Assembly: GCA_951406725.2 (NCBI GenBank)
Contig: OX597826.1
Location: 16,120,001 to 16,184,000, forward strand
Source of the DNA: Octopus vulgaris
Taxonomy: Eukaryota
Length of the DNA stretch: 64,000 nucleotides
Direction: 5' to 3'
The notes below the pieces were generated by a model. The model was given only the letters and a program-made list of their open reading frames with translations, did not search any database and was not told the DNA's origin. Positions 26,738 to 40,995 of the stretch are shown here, in pieces. The position numbers and the translations under genes were made by a program. How positions within the stretch are numbered: position 1 is the first letter of the stretch; the number at the start of each line of letters is the position of its first letter.

Positions 26738-27110
26738 GAGGGGGCAACCAAAAGAAACCAGAATTCTTCAATATTATTTTGTTCCCTTAGTTTTATATGT
26801 TTATTGCCCTCAAAATATTCTCCATTTGAATCAATGCGTCAATTCAGACACGTCTTCCACTGTTCTAAGTAGTGTTGAAATATTTGGGAAGTGATGTCTT
26901 TTAACTCTTCTCCACAACCGCAAATTCCGTAGTCACCAGCTTTCCTCACCAGTGAAAACCTTCGGAAAATGTTCCGAATAAACTTCCAACTGTTCTTTCA
27001 GTTCACAACACGCATTCAACTGTGACTGCTTTTGATCTTCCGTGAGCAAGTGAGGCACACATTTCGGCCTTTACCGTAGCCACTTCAGTGAGATGGGCCC
27101 CACTCGGCTG
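26738..27110 (-). mobile_element. Mariner 3' relic
   Basis: It has a TA + cgagggggcaaccaaaag TIR-like end. The minus strand ends in GEYFEG, the mariner C-terminal motif. Confidence 0.6.
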
Positions 27111-27403
27111 ATTCTGGATAACGATCATTCTCTGCATATATGTCTGCACCATAGAAATCTATGGACGATTAAGCGAATCGCCAACATTTATATAAATAAT
27201 CTATTGAAGGAACAGTATGCAAATGTTATTCCGGCAAGGAGATTTATAATCGTCATTAAATATGACTGAGAGCTACAAACACTTATATTGCTAGAAGTAA
27301 GTGCTAAGCACCCTGATGCTGCAGTCAAAGCACATAATTGTATACATACATGCTGACAGGGACCATAAAATATATACATATATATATATACATATGTATG
27401 TAA

Positions 27404-27510
<107 letters not shown>

Positions 27511-29016
27511 CGTATAATCGTTCGAAATTCTTAACTGCAAATTTGACGGATATTCTTTTACTTTCGTTGTCGGTATTTTTCTTCTCAAAAAAAGAAATTA
27601 GACCATTTTTGCTATATCTGTTGTTTTCAGAATTGAGCAGAGATTTGCAGAAACACACAAACCACCCAAAATTGTGGAAGAGGCTTGGAGACCTCCTTGG
27701 AATCTGCGATGGAAGGACAAAGAGATTTCAGTATTCCTCAACTTAAGCATGTGAATGATAAAAGTAGTCAGAAAGGTACTGGAAGATTCAAGTTTCGACT
27801 ACGAGTTAACAGCAGAAAATAAAACCCATAATGCCGGAATTTGTCGTGTAAATCTAAGAGATAATGAGAAATGATTTTAGTAAGTCGATGCGTGTCATTG
27901 CCTGGGAAAAATGTGCGAATGGAAAGCTCATCAGGTTGTGGTAGCTGAAGACATTCCCTACTCTCCATACAAGATGAAGAAGTACATTTTTTGCCCAAGA
28001 GACTTTCATCACGGGGATGAATACCATCTGCACCCTTTATAGATGTATTTAATAACGCTTTGCCAGTTTAGCAATTGTTAAGATCTTTTGTACGTAGTAT
28101 ACGTTTAGTTCATTACATGTATTGTTTCTCATGTTCTGAAGATCTGATCTATATATGTCCAAGGAGCATAATATACAATGTTGAGGAAGCCATTTCATAT
28201 TCACTGTAGTTAACTATAACAAAAAGACTGCCTGATGCCGCTATCTGCTGTTCTATACTCAGATTTTTTATTATGGAGAAACTTAAATCTGCATGAAATA
28301 TATTCTAAGCAATATTCGTTAAATCTGCCTGAAACATATTCGAAGCCACAGAAGGGTATTCACTGCATCATCTCACGCAGAAAACTTCTCAATACAGAGA
28401 AAAAGATGGAGAGACCACACACATACACGCACAGTTTGGGAATCCACATTTTTTAACCGTTGGTTTCGTGGGTGTTCTGTAAAACTTAGCATTTGTTAGA
28501 AAACTGTTCAGCGACACATGTTGCTTTTTGCATTGGACGAATTTATATTTTCAGAATGTCGTTCAGTTTTAGATCTCTAGTTAGCATAGGTAGTTTTGTA
28601 GAAGAGTGTTGTATGCCTCAATGTTTCAATGGTTCTGTGTTTATATATACGGTAGTGTTTTGAGATGCGGTGTAGTGTTGCATTTTAATACCTAATTTCT
28701 TAGCTCCCTTAATTCCATCGTCTATCAGTGAAGGTGAATATTATCTTTCAGTCAGTGTTCTTCGGAGGTGTTGAAGACTACGGTCTCGCGATATGCTACG
28801 AGGGAGTACAATATGCCTGGATGAACTCAGTATATGTAGTACGATATCTACTTAACCAAATCGCTGAGGTGGCACAGACTGAACAGATTGGCCCAACACA
28901 TCTATATATTCAAAATATCCTACCCGTTTGGAACAGCTACATGACGGGTAGTAAGGATCGTCGTGCAGAATAAAGAGTCATACCAAATCAATATGCCGTT
29001 TCCTGTTTCCCTCATC

Positions 29017-29084
<68 letters not shown>

Positions 29085-29289
29085 ACGTAGGTGAATGAAT
29101 TATTCTATGTTTATCGTCAGCATGGAAAATTCGTTTAACCGAAACCTGGGTAGCAAATTCACGTCAGAAAACACGGTTGAAGCGACCTGTCAAGGGTAGA
29201 AACTCCGGGTTCATGTGTAGAAATTTGTGTGCTGTATATGAATAAATGAAAGAATGGAGTCGAACGAAGATGTTAACAAAATTCCTTTA

Positions 29290-29371
29290 CTCTCGACACA
29301 TGTTTCGAAGACGGCATTTTCTCACTCCAAAGAAATAAAGGGTGCATTATGCAATCTTCTCATCAGGAAAG
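29290..29371 (-). ncRNA. Type I hammerhead ribozyme, intact core
   Basis: Minus strand: ctttc-CTGATGA-gaaga..gcat...atgc..tcttc-GAAA-catgtg-TC-gagag. Confidence 0.8.
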
Positions 29372-29884
29372 AAAGGGAGTCTCTCTCGATAACAAGACAA
29401 AAAAAAATTTCGATGATTGCCTACATGGTAAATAAAGCGATAATGAGTGTTTCTTTAAAAAAACCGTTAGAAGAATTGATGCTAAAAATAGATAGTAGGA
29501 AGAGAAAAGATAAAGTAAAATAGGTAGGGAACAGTATGTTTGCTGTATGTATGGAAATGTGTGGGTGTGTTGCTTGTGTTAATGAGTGCGTGCGTTTGTG
29601 TGCGTGTATGTGTGTGTGTATAACTGCATTTGTGTCCGTGTGTGTGATTGTGTGTGTGAGAGAGAGACAGATGTCAAAGATAGATAGTAGGAAGGGAAGA
29701 TATAAAGAAATAATAGTTAGGGAACAAGTGAAGAGTGAAGGGTACGTTGATTGAAAGAATGTTCGAAGGCTTAGGAAAGAATTTCTCTATAGCAGAGTGG
29801 TGACGTAAAGCTAATAGTTCAAACCACAGTGACTATCGTTATCATTTATATGAGTAGAAAGTGTGTTTCTGCCAGTGTTTACAT

Positions 29885-32201
29885 CGTAAAGAATATTAAA
29901 TTTAATAAATCACCCCTCCGGAATAAGCACGTCAGATACCTCGATAACGTCTCCAGAGATATAAACAGCTTAGATTTTATCCTGGTCCAATCGGATAAAA
30001 CCGGCAACATATATAAGCTTACCAAGAGCCATTATTTAGAACTGCTCGAAAAGGAGATACATAAGAATTACAGGACCACCAGTAGGAATACTCTCAGGCA
30101 GACCAACTTAGAAACTAAGCAGATTATGGAGACTTACGGATTACAGATGGAGACGGAACCATTGAACCCTAGGCAACCCAGATTCATCTTAAAGGACCAC
30201 AAACAGAACTTTCATACTAACCCAGCATTGCGGCTCATATGCCCTTCCAGTTCAGACATCGGTACCCTTAGTAAATACATATTAGATAAGTATATCCCTA
30301 TATTGATTAATAAATTAAAACTTCTGTTCAAGTCGTAGATTGGTTTACTTCTATTACTGATAAGGCCAACACTAAATTTATCCAATTCGATATATCTAGT
30401 TTCTATCCTTCAATCAACCCTATTATACTTAATAAGGCCCTATGGCACGCACACAATCAGGCAGGCCTCTCCATGGAGGAAATTGGTGTGATATTGACTG
30501 CTAGGAAATCGTTCATCCAGTTCGATAACAAGTTGTGGGTCCGTAGAGATACCCCTAATGCGTTTGATGTACTAATGGGAAGTACAGACAGCACACAGAT
30601 AGCCGATTTGGTCGGAATTTACATTCTTTATGAAATGGCCGACCAATTCCCGGACATCTGTGGAAGTCTTTATCGCGACGATTGTCTGCTTTACCTCCAA
30701 AACATTATGAACCAAAAAATACAGAAGGTTAAGAAAAGATTAGTTAGGTTTTTTAGTAGAATGGGCTTGCGCATAGTTTTTGACGATGAATTAACTAAAG
30801 CCAACTTCTTGGACATTACCCTCAATCTGCAGAATAACTCATACTTCCCTTATCATAAACCTTCCACTAATCTTAAGTATATCAGCATTTTCAGTAATCA
30901 TGCCAAGCCAATTACCGATAATTTAGTTAAAAACATATCTCTTAGACTGTCCAAATTATCTGCTAATGTCGACATCTTTAACCAAAAGGCAGTGTTCTAT
31001 AACGTCGCCTTGTCAAGAGCCGGTTATAAGGAGAAAGTGTCATACATAGACCCAGCTCATTCTAAACCAACATCTACTTCTCCAGATAGTAAAGTTACTC
31101 GTAATTGGAATAATGATTTCAATTCCAATAGTGCCAGCAACTCTGTACATAAAATAAATTCTTTACGGACTAGGAGAGGCAAGCGCCATGCAACACCAAA
31201 TTTCCAGCCCAGAAAGTTCCCCCTTACTATCACAAACAACACTAAGAACAATTCAAAGGCCACAAACGACTGTATCTGGTATGTAATACCTTTCGGAAAA
31301 CAAATTAAATCGAACCTTCCCTTACAGTTCCGTGAAGCCGTTGCTAGGAACTTTCCCACAAATTCTAGATATCATTCTATTATCAATTCACACAAGGTCA
31401 GAATAGCTTTCCCTAACACTAGTAATCTTTCACAAATTATATCTTCCCACAATACCAAGCTGCTAAACAAAGATTCTTCATCCAGGAGTTCCAACACTAA
31501 TCTTGCTAATTCCAACCCATCATACAATTATAATAATAGGAATAGTATTAATAGTAGCAGCATTAGTAGCAGCGACGGTGTTAACAATGATAATATTAAT
31601 AATAGTATTAGTCGTGATAATAACAATGGTAGTGTTGATGGTAACAACAATAACGGTATTATTGTCGGTGGTATTACTGGTTGTAATACCATTAATAATA
31701 CTAATAATAATAGAAATAGTGTAGTGGTTAACGCTAATAATAATAGTAACAACAGTAATACAATAAAAACTTCGTCTCGATCTCGGAGGACAACCCCAGC
31801 AGAATTAAATTTTTGTCCAGTAATTCTAAGATTAAGAATGCTATTTACCAGTGTAGAATTATTCCGGTACCGATGTCTTCTTCTATATGAGAGCTTCCAC
31901 TTCCCAGTTATCCCAGATAATTTCAAACCACTACTCAACATTCAGAGGTAGTAAAAAACGTCAAAGCACAGGGCTAAGTAAATTAGTTTGGCGTCTTAAA
32001 GACAACAATATAATTTTCAAGTTAGACTGGTTCATACTGTCTGTATCCTTTCCTTTTGATAAGGGCAGGAGATTCTGTAACATTTGTAACTCTGAACTCT
32101 TCCATATTCTTTTCGTTAAGGTTCCCCTAGTAAACACACTCATAGAAAAATCGTACAAATGTAAACACTGGCAGAAACACACTTTCTACTCATATAAATG
32201 A
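29885..32201 (+). pseudogene. PLE reverse transcriptase / GIY-YIG endonuclease, frameshifted
   Basis: RT motifs: SDKTGNIY, LKDHK.NF...RLICP, FDISSFYPSI, MGSTDSTQIADLVG, LYRDD, NFLDITL. An Asn/Ser-rich linker follows. The endonuclease region reads AIYQC...FFYMRAS, LSKLVW.LKD, CNIC..E and CKH. Frameshifts fall near 30320 and 31820-31865. Confidence 0.92.
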
Positions 32202-32673
32202 TATTGATAGTCACAGTGATTTGAACTATTAGCTTTACGTCCACCACACTGCTATAGAAATATTCTTTCCTAAGCCTTCGAACATTCTTTCAATCATCGT
32301 ACCCTTCCCTCTTCACCTGTTCCCTAATTATTATTCCTTTATACCTTCCCTTCCTACTATCTATCTTTCACATCTGTCTCTCACTCACACACACACAATC
32401 ACACACACAGACACAATTACAGTTATACACACACACATACACGCACACAAACGCACGCACTCATTAACACAAGCACACACCCACACATTTCCATACATAC
32501 AGCAAACATACTGTTCCCTACCTATTTTACTTTATCCCTTCCCTTCCTACTATCTATTTTTAGCATCAATTCTTCTAACGGTTTTTTTAAAGAAACACTC
32601 ATTATCGCTGTATTTACCATGTAGGCAATCATCGAAATTTTTGTTTGTCTTGTTTTCGAGAGAGTCTCCCTTT

Positions 32674-32755
32674 CTTTCCTGATGAGAAGATTGCATAATG
32701 CACCCTTTATTCCTTTGGAATGAGAAAATGCTGTCTTCGAAACATGTGTCGAGAT
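32674..32755 (+). ncRNA. Type I hammerhead ribozyme, intact core; predicted cleavage after 32750
   Basis: ctttc-CTGATGA-gaaga...tcttc-GAAA-catgtg-TC-gagat, with a GUC triplet and palindromic acatgt. Confidence 0.8.
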
Positions 32756-33279
32756 TAAAAGAATTTTGTTAACATCTTCGTTCGACTCCATTCTTTCATT
32801 TATTCATATATATTTGAATTCATATATATGTATGCATATATACAGAAATATGTGAGTGTGTCTACGTGCTCACTTAAGTGCGTGTGAGTTTACACAACTA
32901 TATAAGTGTATAAGTGTGTGTGTGTGTTTATATATATGTGTGGGGGGAAAGAGATAGACAGAGAGTGAGAGACATGCATGAATTTATTTATGTAAATTTA
33001 TGTCATATAATGAAAAACGGTCAAACCCTTTTTCATGTGCAAATGAATTCCAAACATGTCTGCACCAAAACTTTGGTTCTGTGGGCAATCAATCATAACT
33101 ATAATTGAATTACAATCGCATATTTAGTATGTACGTGGAAGTACACACATGCACACACACATGTACACACATGCACAAACACAAAGAATACGCACACACA
33201 CACTCAATCACTTATACATATACATGTATACACACAAATAGACACACAATGTCTCATACATCCGTGTATATGCTGAAGT

Positions 33280-33960
33280 AGCATTAGAGTGTTATTAATT
33301 GTAACAGCATATGCTAATGATTAATACCTGCAGGTTATCTCTTCATAAACACTTATTTTATTCATTATTAGACAGGTGGCACCAATTATTCATATCTTGG
33401 AAACCTTTAAGTGTCAATAGTTATTGTTTCTGTAAGCCAAGTATGGTAAATGCTAAAGTGTTGTACAGTAAAGATTGTAACATGTTGAGGCCTCGAAATG
33501 CACAATATTTTCTGTGTAAGTGAATATAATGGATATACAAGACCACTAAATATAACTGGTTCTTATGAGTTTCAGTTACAAATATAGTCATAGCTTTTCA
33601 TTGATGGGTTCCGGAATTTGACATATATTGAATGTTACGTTTTGATTCACTGATTGAGATGAAAGAATATTGAGACGTTTGATATGCTTGCTTCAGCATT
33701 TAGGTACATGCTGAAAGGTACATAAAACTAATGAGAGAAGCTAAGTTTTCCACTCTTATTAGCCAATTTTTAGTGTTCCGTAAGGCATTCTTTCTTATTA
33801 CTTTGTGATTATAATTTGATATAAGTCACGTAATGCTTGGTCTTCTATTCTGGTTGTGATACTAATTCCAAGAAGTAATTTCGGGAAATATTTTTTCCAG
33901 TATATGTAAGATATGTTAAGTAGGTTTAGATGGCATGGATTCACTTCCAACAGAACTCTG
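33280..33960 (-). pseudogene. Decayed leucine-rich-repeat coding remnant
   Basis: One minus-strand frame reads AFRGLNMLQSL...TLKGFQDMNNWCHLSNNE*...DNLQVLIIS. Upstream pieces read LNLLNISY, ITTRIEDQALRDL, IRKNALRN and EPVIFSGL. Confidence 0.55.
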
Positions 33961-34001
<41 letters not shown>

Positions 34002-34309
34002 ATAGAGGGCATTATTACACATAAATGCCTCACACTAAGAGGGACAAAGTCATTACTACCAAAATTACACTAATCATACCTAAATGCAGTTCTTCAAAGC
34101 TAGACATTTAAAAAATGAATTTAGTTCTGTATCACCGTGATTTCACATTCAACTTACGTCTTATGATCCTCAGCAGAACTGATTCTGAACACATCATAAA
34201 TAAACCACCAACCTTACTTAGCGAAGACGAACAGACAACTATTCACTCCGGCCAAGCACATGGAATGTTTATAAATCATATATTCGGTAAATGGCGGGCT
34301 TTTATTCCG

Positions 34310-34379
<70 letters not shown>

Positions 34380-34381
<2 letters not shown>

Positions 34382-35280
34382 ATAATTCACAAAAAAAGAC
34401 GAAGACAGGTGGTGTAGACAACAAACAGAGGTATTAGCTTAACATTCGGTTAGTGAAAAAGTCTTTCACGTTTCGAGTCTACGCTCTTCCACAGAAAGAA
34501 CCAGGGAGAGAAAATAAAGAATGTTTAGTGGCTAGCAATCTATCATGGCGAATGCCAGACAGAGGGGTCACAAGGGAGAGCTAGGAAAAAGGGGAAATAA
34601 TAAAGTTGTGGTAATCCCAAATGAAGGTGCACGTGTGTGTGGAAGAGAACTGGTGACCTTGAGATGTGCGTGTGTGGTAATGTATGCGTGTGGATAATGG
34701 TGTGGAGCTGGGAAGTGGTCAGTACTAGTGTGTGCGTGGTAGTGTGATATGGAGTTGTGTTGTCTAGTGGTGTGTGGTGAGGTTGTGTTGGGATGTGGGG
34801 GAGGCGAGAGTGGGGAAAGCAAGGGTGGGGTGTAGGTTAGGCTGAGGGCGGGGGTAGAAGTGGGATATGTAGGAGTGGGTGTAAGGGATGTGGTGGGGTG
34901 GGATGGGATGGATAGGGAAGGTGGGATTGGATTGTGTAGGGGTGGGGTTACGAAGGAGGGGTGACGATAAAGGGAGACGGAGAAGGGAGATTGTTGGTAG
35001 GAATAAAGAGAAGAGAAGAGGGTAAGACTTAAGAGAGGAGGGATGGATGGGAGGAAGTAGGTGCGAGAGGAAAAGATGAGAGGGGTGGAGGGTTAGATGA
35101 AGAGGGGAGGAGAGTTGAGCCCATGTGCCGCAAAGGAGCGGAGAGAGCAAATTAATCCCCGTTCACGGCGAAGACGAGTGTCCGGATGGCCCCTGTGCAA
35201 GGACAATCCGAAGACAGACATGTGTTGCAAAGAGTCACCTGTAGAGCGGAAATGGCGCGAGACCAGGGTGTCATTGCCGA
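34380..35280 (-). mobile_element. Neptune-type PLE 3' fragment (endonuclease C-terminus, C/T-rich UTR, terminal hammerhead-like motif)
   Basis: It reads [22 protein letters not shown]...RLRRERGLICSLRSFAAHGLN. At 34462-34499 the minus strand reads tcttt-CTGTGGA-a-gagc.gtag.actc-GAAA-cg-TG-aaaga. The fragment sits between TA-rich tracts. Confidence 0.8.
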
Positions 35281-35380
35281 GTATATACATATACACATGT
35301 ACGCACATATAAATACCCATACACACGCGCGCAGAAACACAAAACATACATACGCATATACACACACATATACATGCAAA

Positions 35381-35443
<63 letters not shown>

Positions 35444-35599
35444 CTGGAAATGAATGTACAAACAAATTTGAAGATGTGGTAATCCATCTTACTTTTTTTA
35501 TTATAATAAGCCGTAAGTTATTTGTCTAATGGCGACGCTATAACAAATTGTTTCTTCCCACGAGCATTTGTTTATTCCAGTTTAACGACCGTTTAATGA

Positions 35600-36508
35600 A
35601 GTTTTAATTTTTTGAATTTATACCGAAATATCACGGATTAAACAGAAACACGTCATTTTGCTCTCTCTCGTGTTCATTCCGATAACATAATTAAATAATG
35701 TTGTGTCGATCTCTGATTTAATTTAATCGAATATATCTATTTCTATGTTTCAGTAAAGAGAAGAACAAATTGGATAAATTTGACGAAATTGTTGAAAATG
35801 ACATTGAATGTTTGTAAGTAAATAATAATTACCAGGAAATTCAAAACCATTAGTTATTCTCTCAGGTGTTTTAAACAAAAGAAAGAATGTTTGCCAGTGA
35901 TGTCGGAAAATTAGTTGCAGAGAAGCGTTTAGAAAAGTAACATTTTGTTAGCGATTGAATCATTAACAAGATAATTGAGATTAAACATTTCAATGTCTTT
36001 TATGCGTTCAAGGACTCGTGAGGCAAAGCAATATTTGAATATTCTAAAACTTAATACAATAGAAGACATCACCGTCTCTAACAATATTGGAGTGTCATTC
36101 AAATATTTCATTTAACAAACATCCATGCTGATTATCCTCACCTAACCACATATACTCATATATTTGCTGTACAAATCACATATAATTATATATTCGCTGT
36201 ACAAATATATTACCAGTTTGAATATTATATATCTGTAATACGTATAACATTTCTTAAAGAGATGATGAAGATAGTTCGTTTTCATGTTTCTCGAAGTGTA
36301 TAAAGTTGATGCGCGTGATATTAACCCATAACCTCTAGCGTATCAGATCCAATTAGAGAAAGCTGCACCTGACAATCTTTGTAATAATATTGCCGGCTGT
36401 TTAGATAAGTATATTTGAGTCCTGAATAGTGAATAAATGGGTTCTGTAATTGATGCCATACACAGTTGTAATGGAATGAAATATCTTCTCATGAGAAAGT
36501 AAACCTGC
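35600..36508 (-). pseudogene. Decayed LRR coding remnant, probably continuous with 33280-33960
   Basis: It reads SDITGKHSFFCLKHLRE, NVIFNNFVKF and GNIITKI/SGAAFSN. A possible acceptor tttttttagcag lies near 36508. Confidence 0.4.
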
Positions 36509-36756
36509 TAAAAAAATACAAAATACAAATACAAAAAAGATAAATTGTAACAGTAAGGAATGTTCCCTTGTAGGAAAATAAATAAAAGTTTCTGTTTATT
36601 AACGAGCAGGAGAATACGTTCGCAAACGGTGATGGTTTTCTGATTAGACAACAATTTACTAACATTTCTATTACTGACATTTCAAAGAAAACCAGTTTAT
36701 TTCTAAAATTGAAAATTTGAGCATGTAAACGGTAGTAGAAAGTAACTTCACATATA

Positions 36757-36973
36757 CAAGGATGTACTGATAAATTCTTGGCTCTAAGGGTAATGCGAAA
36801 GGCCTGGCTGGAGGCACAAAATTACGAGTTCTTTAGCAGGGCTTAGAGAACCTGAAGGACGGCTGCAATAAGTATGTGAATCTGAGAGAGGAATATTTTG
36901 AATAAAGTCATAATCAACTTATCCTCTTGTATTTTCTTTCACCCACAGCCACGAACTATTCAGCACCCTCTCA
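36757..36973. mobile_element. Mariner-derived MITE
   Basis: TA-flanked decayed TIRs: caaggatgtactgataaattcttggct and agccacgaactattcagcaccctctca. Confidence 0.7.
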
Positions 36974-39900
36974 TACCATCAGCATGTATAAGGTAATGAT
37001 TTCTTATCATGTTACTGTAAGTGACAATTACAGAGAAATTTGTCATGTGATTAGATGAGGATAATCGATTTTTCTTTGAAAGGAATGAAATTATATAAAC
37101 ATAGTCGACAGTTTACCGGATAAGTATGTGATACAGGCTGCTATGGAAATTATTACAATTTTAGTTAAACATTATGCGACAAATTGTTATAAAAAGCAGA
37201 AAAAAACATTGTTCAGAGTTTAACGGTTTTTTTCTTCTTATTTCTCGAGGAGATTGACATCTTAATGTTATCCTATTTGACCCGCTATGAGTATAGTTTT
37301 ATTTTGCATAGAGTTAAGAAATATTACTAAATAAATAAGTCCACATTCTGAACACTTATAATGTATACTCTATATCATTTATGAATTAAAAGTCTAATTT
37401 ACAATATTTGGTTGTAGTTATAACGCTAAAACTCTAATAAAACATGCAATTAAGTCTATTTATTGAGCGTATCTTGTAAATTTGTCAATAACAATCAGAA
37501 AAACCACTTAAATTATTGGATAAAATAAACACAGGAAGCAATTTGTCATCAAGCATTAGATTAGTAAACAGAATCGGATAAGTTATCACCTATTACATAC
37601 TTTTGTATCAATACATATATAAAGTTAAATAACATACACATTTAAGAAAAAAAAGTAAACGAACATACGCAAGCAGAAACACATAGATGCTTATATCTAT
37701 ATGCATGCATCTATACACTCATACGTATACACATATTCTTATACATACATAATGAAAATTTCTAAGACATTCTACAACTTTTCCATTTGAGATACTTATG
37801 CAAATAGATGCAGACACTTGGATGTTCTCATAGAGCGAGGCAAGGCATTAGGCAGTTTGGCAACTGCCAAGTGATATCGGTCAATCAAAAATCAGTAGTG
37901 GGGTATTCTGAAGAGGGCGATTAAATGTGATTTATTAGCATTTAGTAAGAAAAAACTTATGATAGAAAACATACATCAAAGTGAAACTAGTGAGCAAATT
38001 AGAAATTTCGATTAGCAAAACAGACTTGTTTGGCAATCTCTTCGCAAGCATCTGGCAGCAGAACGACGATGATTATTGCGAGCTTATTGCGAGTAAGGGT
38101 GTGTGAACCCGGTCGAGATAGTAGGCCAACAAAACGATTATAATTGAAAAGTTTTCTTCCATAACTTATCTAGATACAGAGTTTAAACTTTATCGACACG
38201 ATTATCGTACAGATTTAAGTGTTTGAAGTGGCGGAAGTGCAAATGTATGCGATCTCCAGAAGTTCCATCTACGGCAATCTCCATCTCATGCGACACAACA
38301 AGAGAGCATTGATTTATGTAGACCGTTCAAAGTCTTGGAAAAAATCGACCATTACTTCTTGGCAACAGGCATAAGAGTGACACTTTTCAAAGCCGAGCTT
38401 GTTGATTGCAGACTGCCCAGTGACAGTTGCTCGGTCATTAAAGTAAGAGGCAACAAAACAAAACCGCTTAGCATGGCGGGCTTGGTCTATCAGAGGTGTA
38501 TTTTCTCATCTCTTTTAGACATAATGGATCTCGAACCGTTTCCTTCTCAAGCCAGAACTGTTGAGTGACGACCTTTGTGAGCTATAGTACAGGAGAAATG
38601 CCTCGGCATATGCAGTTTACCTGAACGGGACAACATGGAAGTCGAAGTTGTTGTCACTATTCTAAATGAAAATGTCTACGGCAGAAAAAACAAAATTCGA
38701 ACGATTAGGTGGATTAGCAGCTGAATTCTTCGATAGGAAAGTCTATGCTAACAAACCACGTTGTATGTCATTGGAGAGACGACCCAGTAACACTACTCTA
38801 GACTAATTGTCACCCGGCCTTTCGGCTGGATACCAACAAGAGCAACTTTACGAGCGGATAGCCAAAGCTCGTACAAATATTGATTGAGAAGACACCGATG
38901 TAAAATCGAGTCGAATTGGTGTTTGCCGAGCTCGCCTTCTTTATAATATATCTCGCGAATGTTGCTTACACCAGTCCCAGGCTGATCAAAGCGGAGCATT
39001 TGATTTTACTTATTGAAAAGATATCCTATACGACTAATCTGATAAAGTGTTCTTTGCCAATGTATATGACTTTTTTATCATATATTATAATTTATATTTT
39101 AATAAAATGATTCGCAATTATTAATACTTTCTGCAGTCTAAGGACATTTCGCTATATATCTTTCAAATAATGAGTCAGGAAATGTATCCTTCAAGATATT
39201 GCATGTACAAGTTACCATCATTATCTAGAGGATTGAATATTACTGGGCGGTTATCAAATGTGGTCTTCGTTTTCAAAGCACTCTTTTAGTAGTCTTTTTG
39301 AAATGACTGTAGTCTTGAGACAACTCAAGACAAATACTGGGTAACAGATTGGGTAGTATCGAATATCATCAAACACTAAGTGAAGTAGTCGTGAGCATGT
39401 GCCACCAAGTTCTCGAGGAAATTTGTCGATGAAGAACTCGCTGTTCTGTTCTGGAGAAGTCTTACGCCGTTGTATAATATGAGTAAGTTATAAAAAGACT
39501 TAGCCCTGGTAGTTACAGAGGGACAGTATCGGTTCCAGGGAAACTTGAAAGGGGCAATAATACCTCATGCTAGTACATTCGTAATGTGAGAGTAGTGACA
39601 CAATTGTAATGTACGAATTTCTGCAGTATCTAGATATCGTCGTATAGAAATATACAGAATGTCTCTTGACACGCGAAGAAGAAATGCTGCTATCAACCGA
39701 ATATATCGCTTGCTGAATCGCTGCTCCCATTTATCAAGATCGGACACGGAATATTTTCCAGTTCCTTGTCTATAGTGAAAATTCTAGGATCGAGAAGAAT
39801 GTGCTGTTCTCAAGGAAATTTGTGAAAATTTAGAAAAACTCGTTTGGGAGAGAGAAACTACTCTCTCCGATAGAACACTGGCGAGCAACAGCTGACAGGC

Positions 39901-40526
39901 AGGACGTGTGATATTTCATTATAGGACCTAATTTGAGATTCTTCTATATTTCGATGAGTCCATTATCCATCTCTTCACCTATGTTGTGTACCATGCACTT
40001 ATATTTCATTTCTACCAATTCATCTCTTTTTATTTTGTCGCCGTTTTATGTACCCTACAAATTGTGAACTGTCTTAGTAATAAACCCTCCATCTCCTTAC
40101 TAGTGTTCCTTCTGTCAACAAACAACAACGCAACAGAACTTCAGCGCCCAAATCTTTCGGTTTTCCATTTACACTACAGAAGGTTGAACTTAATAATAAA
40201 GAAGCTATATTAATTAACATATACAATACGCAAATTAATAATAGATTTGAACGGAACGGAGCCAGCTGGATATTATAGCGACACAAAGCAACCCTACGTG
40301 CACACAGTACAAAGCATAGAAATTAACTTATCAACTCCCCTTTCTCCGTAAATTGCGTGAAGGAGGGCTTCTAAGCATGGAATATTGACATACAAGTTAA
40401 TATTACTAACCATTTACCAGTATTGTTAGTATTTCAAAACTTCAATTTTTTTTCTCTTTAAATTATTGTTATCGCCATTGCTGCTGCTGCTACTGATGAC
40501 GCTGCCGCTGCTATTTTTCTGCCATT

Positions 40527-40527
40527 G

Positions 40528-40597
<70 letters not shown>

Positions 40598-40666
40598 CAC
40601 CACCACCACAACTACTACTACTACTATTAATACTACCACCACCACAACCACAACCACCACCATCAA

Positions 40667-40718
<52 letters not shown>

Positions 40719-40740
40719 GATACTACTACTACTACTATTA
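40527..40740. repeat. (CTA)n/(CCA)n trinucleotide tract
   Basis: Seen directly. Confidence 0.95.
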
Positions 40741-40937
40741 GCGTCATCTCCTTTAGCTGACAGAATGATTACAACACGTGCATTTGTTTCGTCATTTTGT
40801 ATTCTGAGTTTAAATTTCGCCAAGATCAATTCTGCCTTTAACATCCATTCGGGTGATATTAATAAAGTATCAATCAAGTACTACCATCTTTTCCCAAGAA
40901 TGTTGACCAAGTAATCAGAAGCCAGTTCCCTAGTTTC

Positions 40938-40964
40938 ATCCTTCTTCTTCTTCTTCTTCTTCTT

Positions 40965-40995
<31 letters not shown>

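Larger units (their letters stand above)
29235..32810 (+). mobile_element. Penelope-like retroelement (Nematis-type), 5'-truncated, with ~650 bp inverted pseudo-LTRs
   Basis: 29235-29884 is the reverse complement of 32159-32810. An RT + GIY-YIG pseudo-ORF lies between them, and each terminal repeat contains a hammerhead. Confidence 0.95.

Noticed and set aside
27990-28045. KGADGIHPR read as a LINE GPDGIHPR motif
   Set aside because: The flanking sequence lacks RT motifs and fits an LDLa-to-LRR context better.
35754-35813. Plus-strand mini-exon (tttcag...gtaagt, KEKNKLDKFDEIVENDIEC)
   Set aside because: There are no partner exons, and the minus strand here is better explained as an LRR remnant.
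38250-39800. CR1-like RT traces (+, 38250-38560) and Helitron/PIF1 helicase-like traces (-, 38720-39800)
   Set aside because: Only faint motif resemblance. Too decayed to call without a search.
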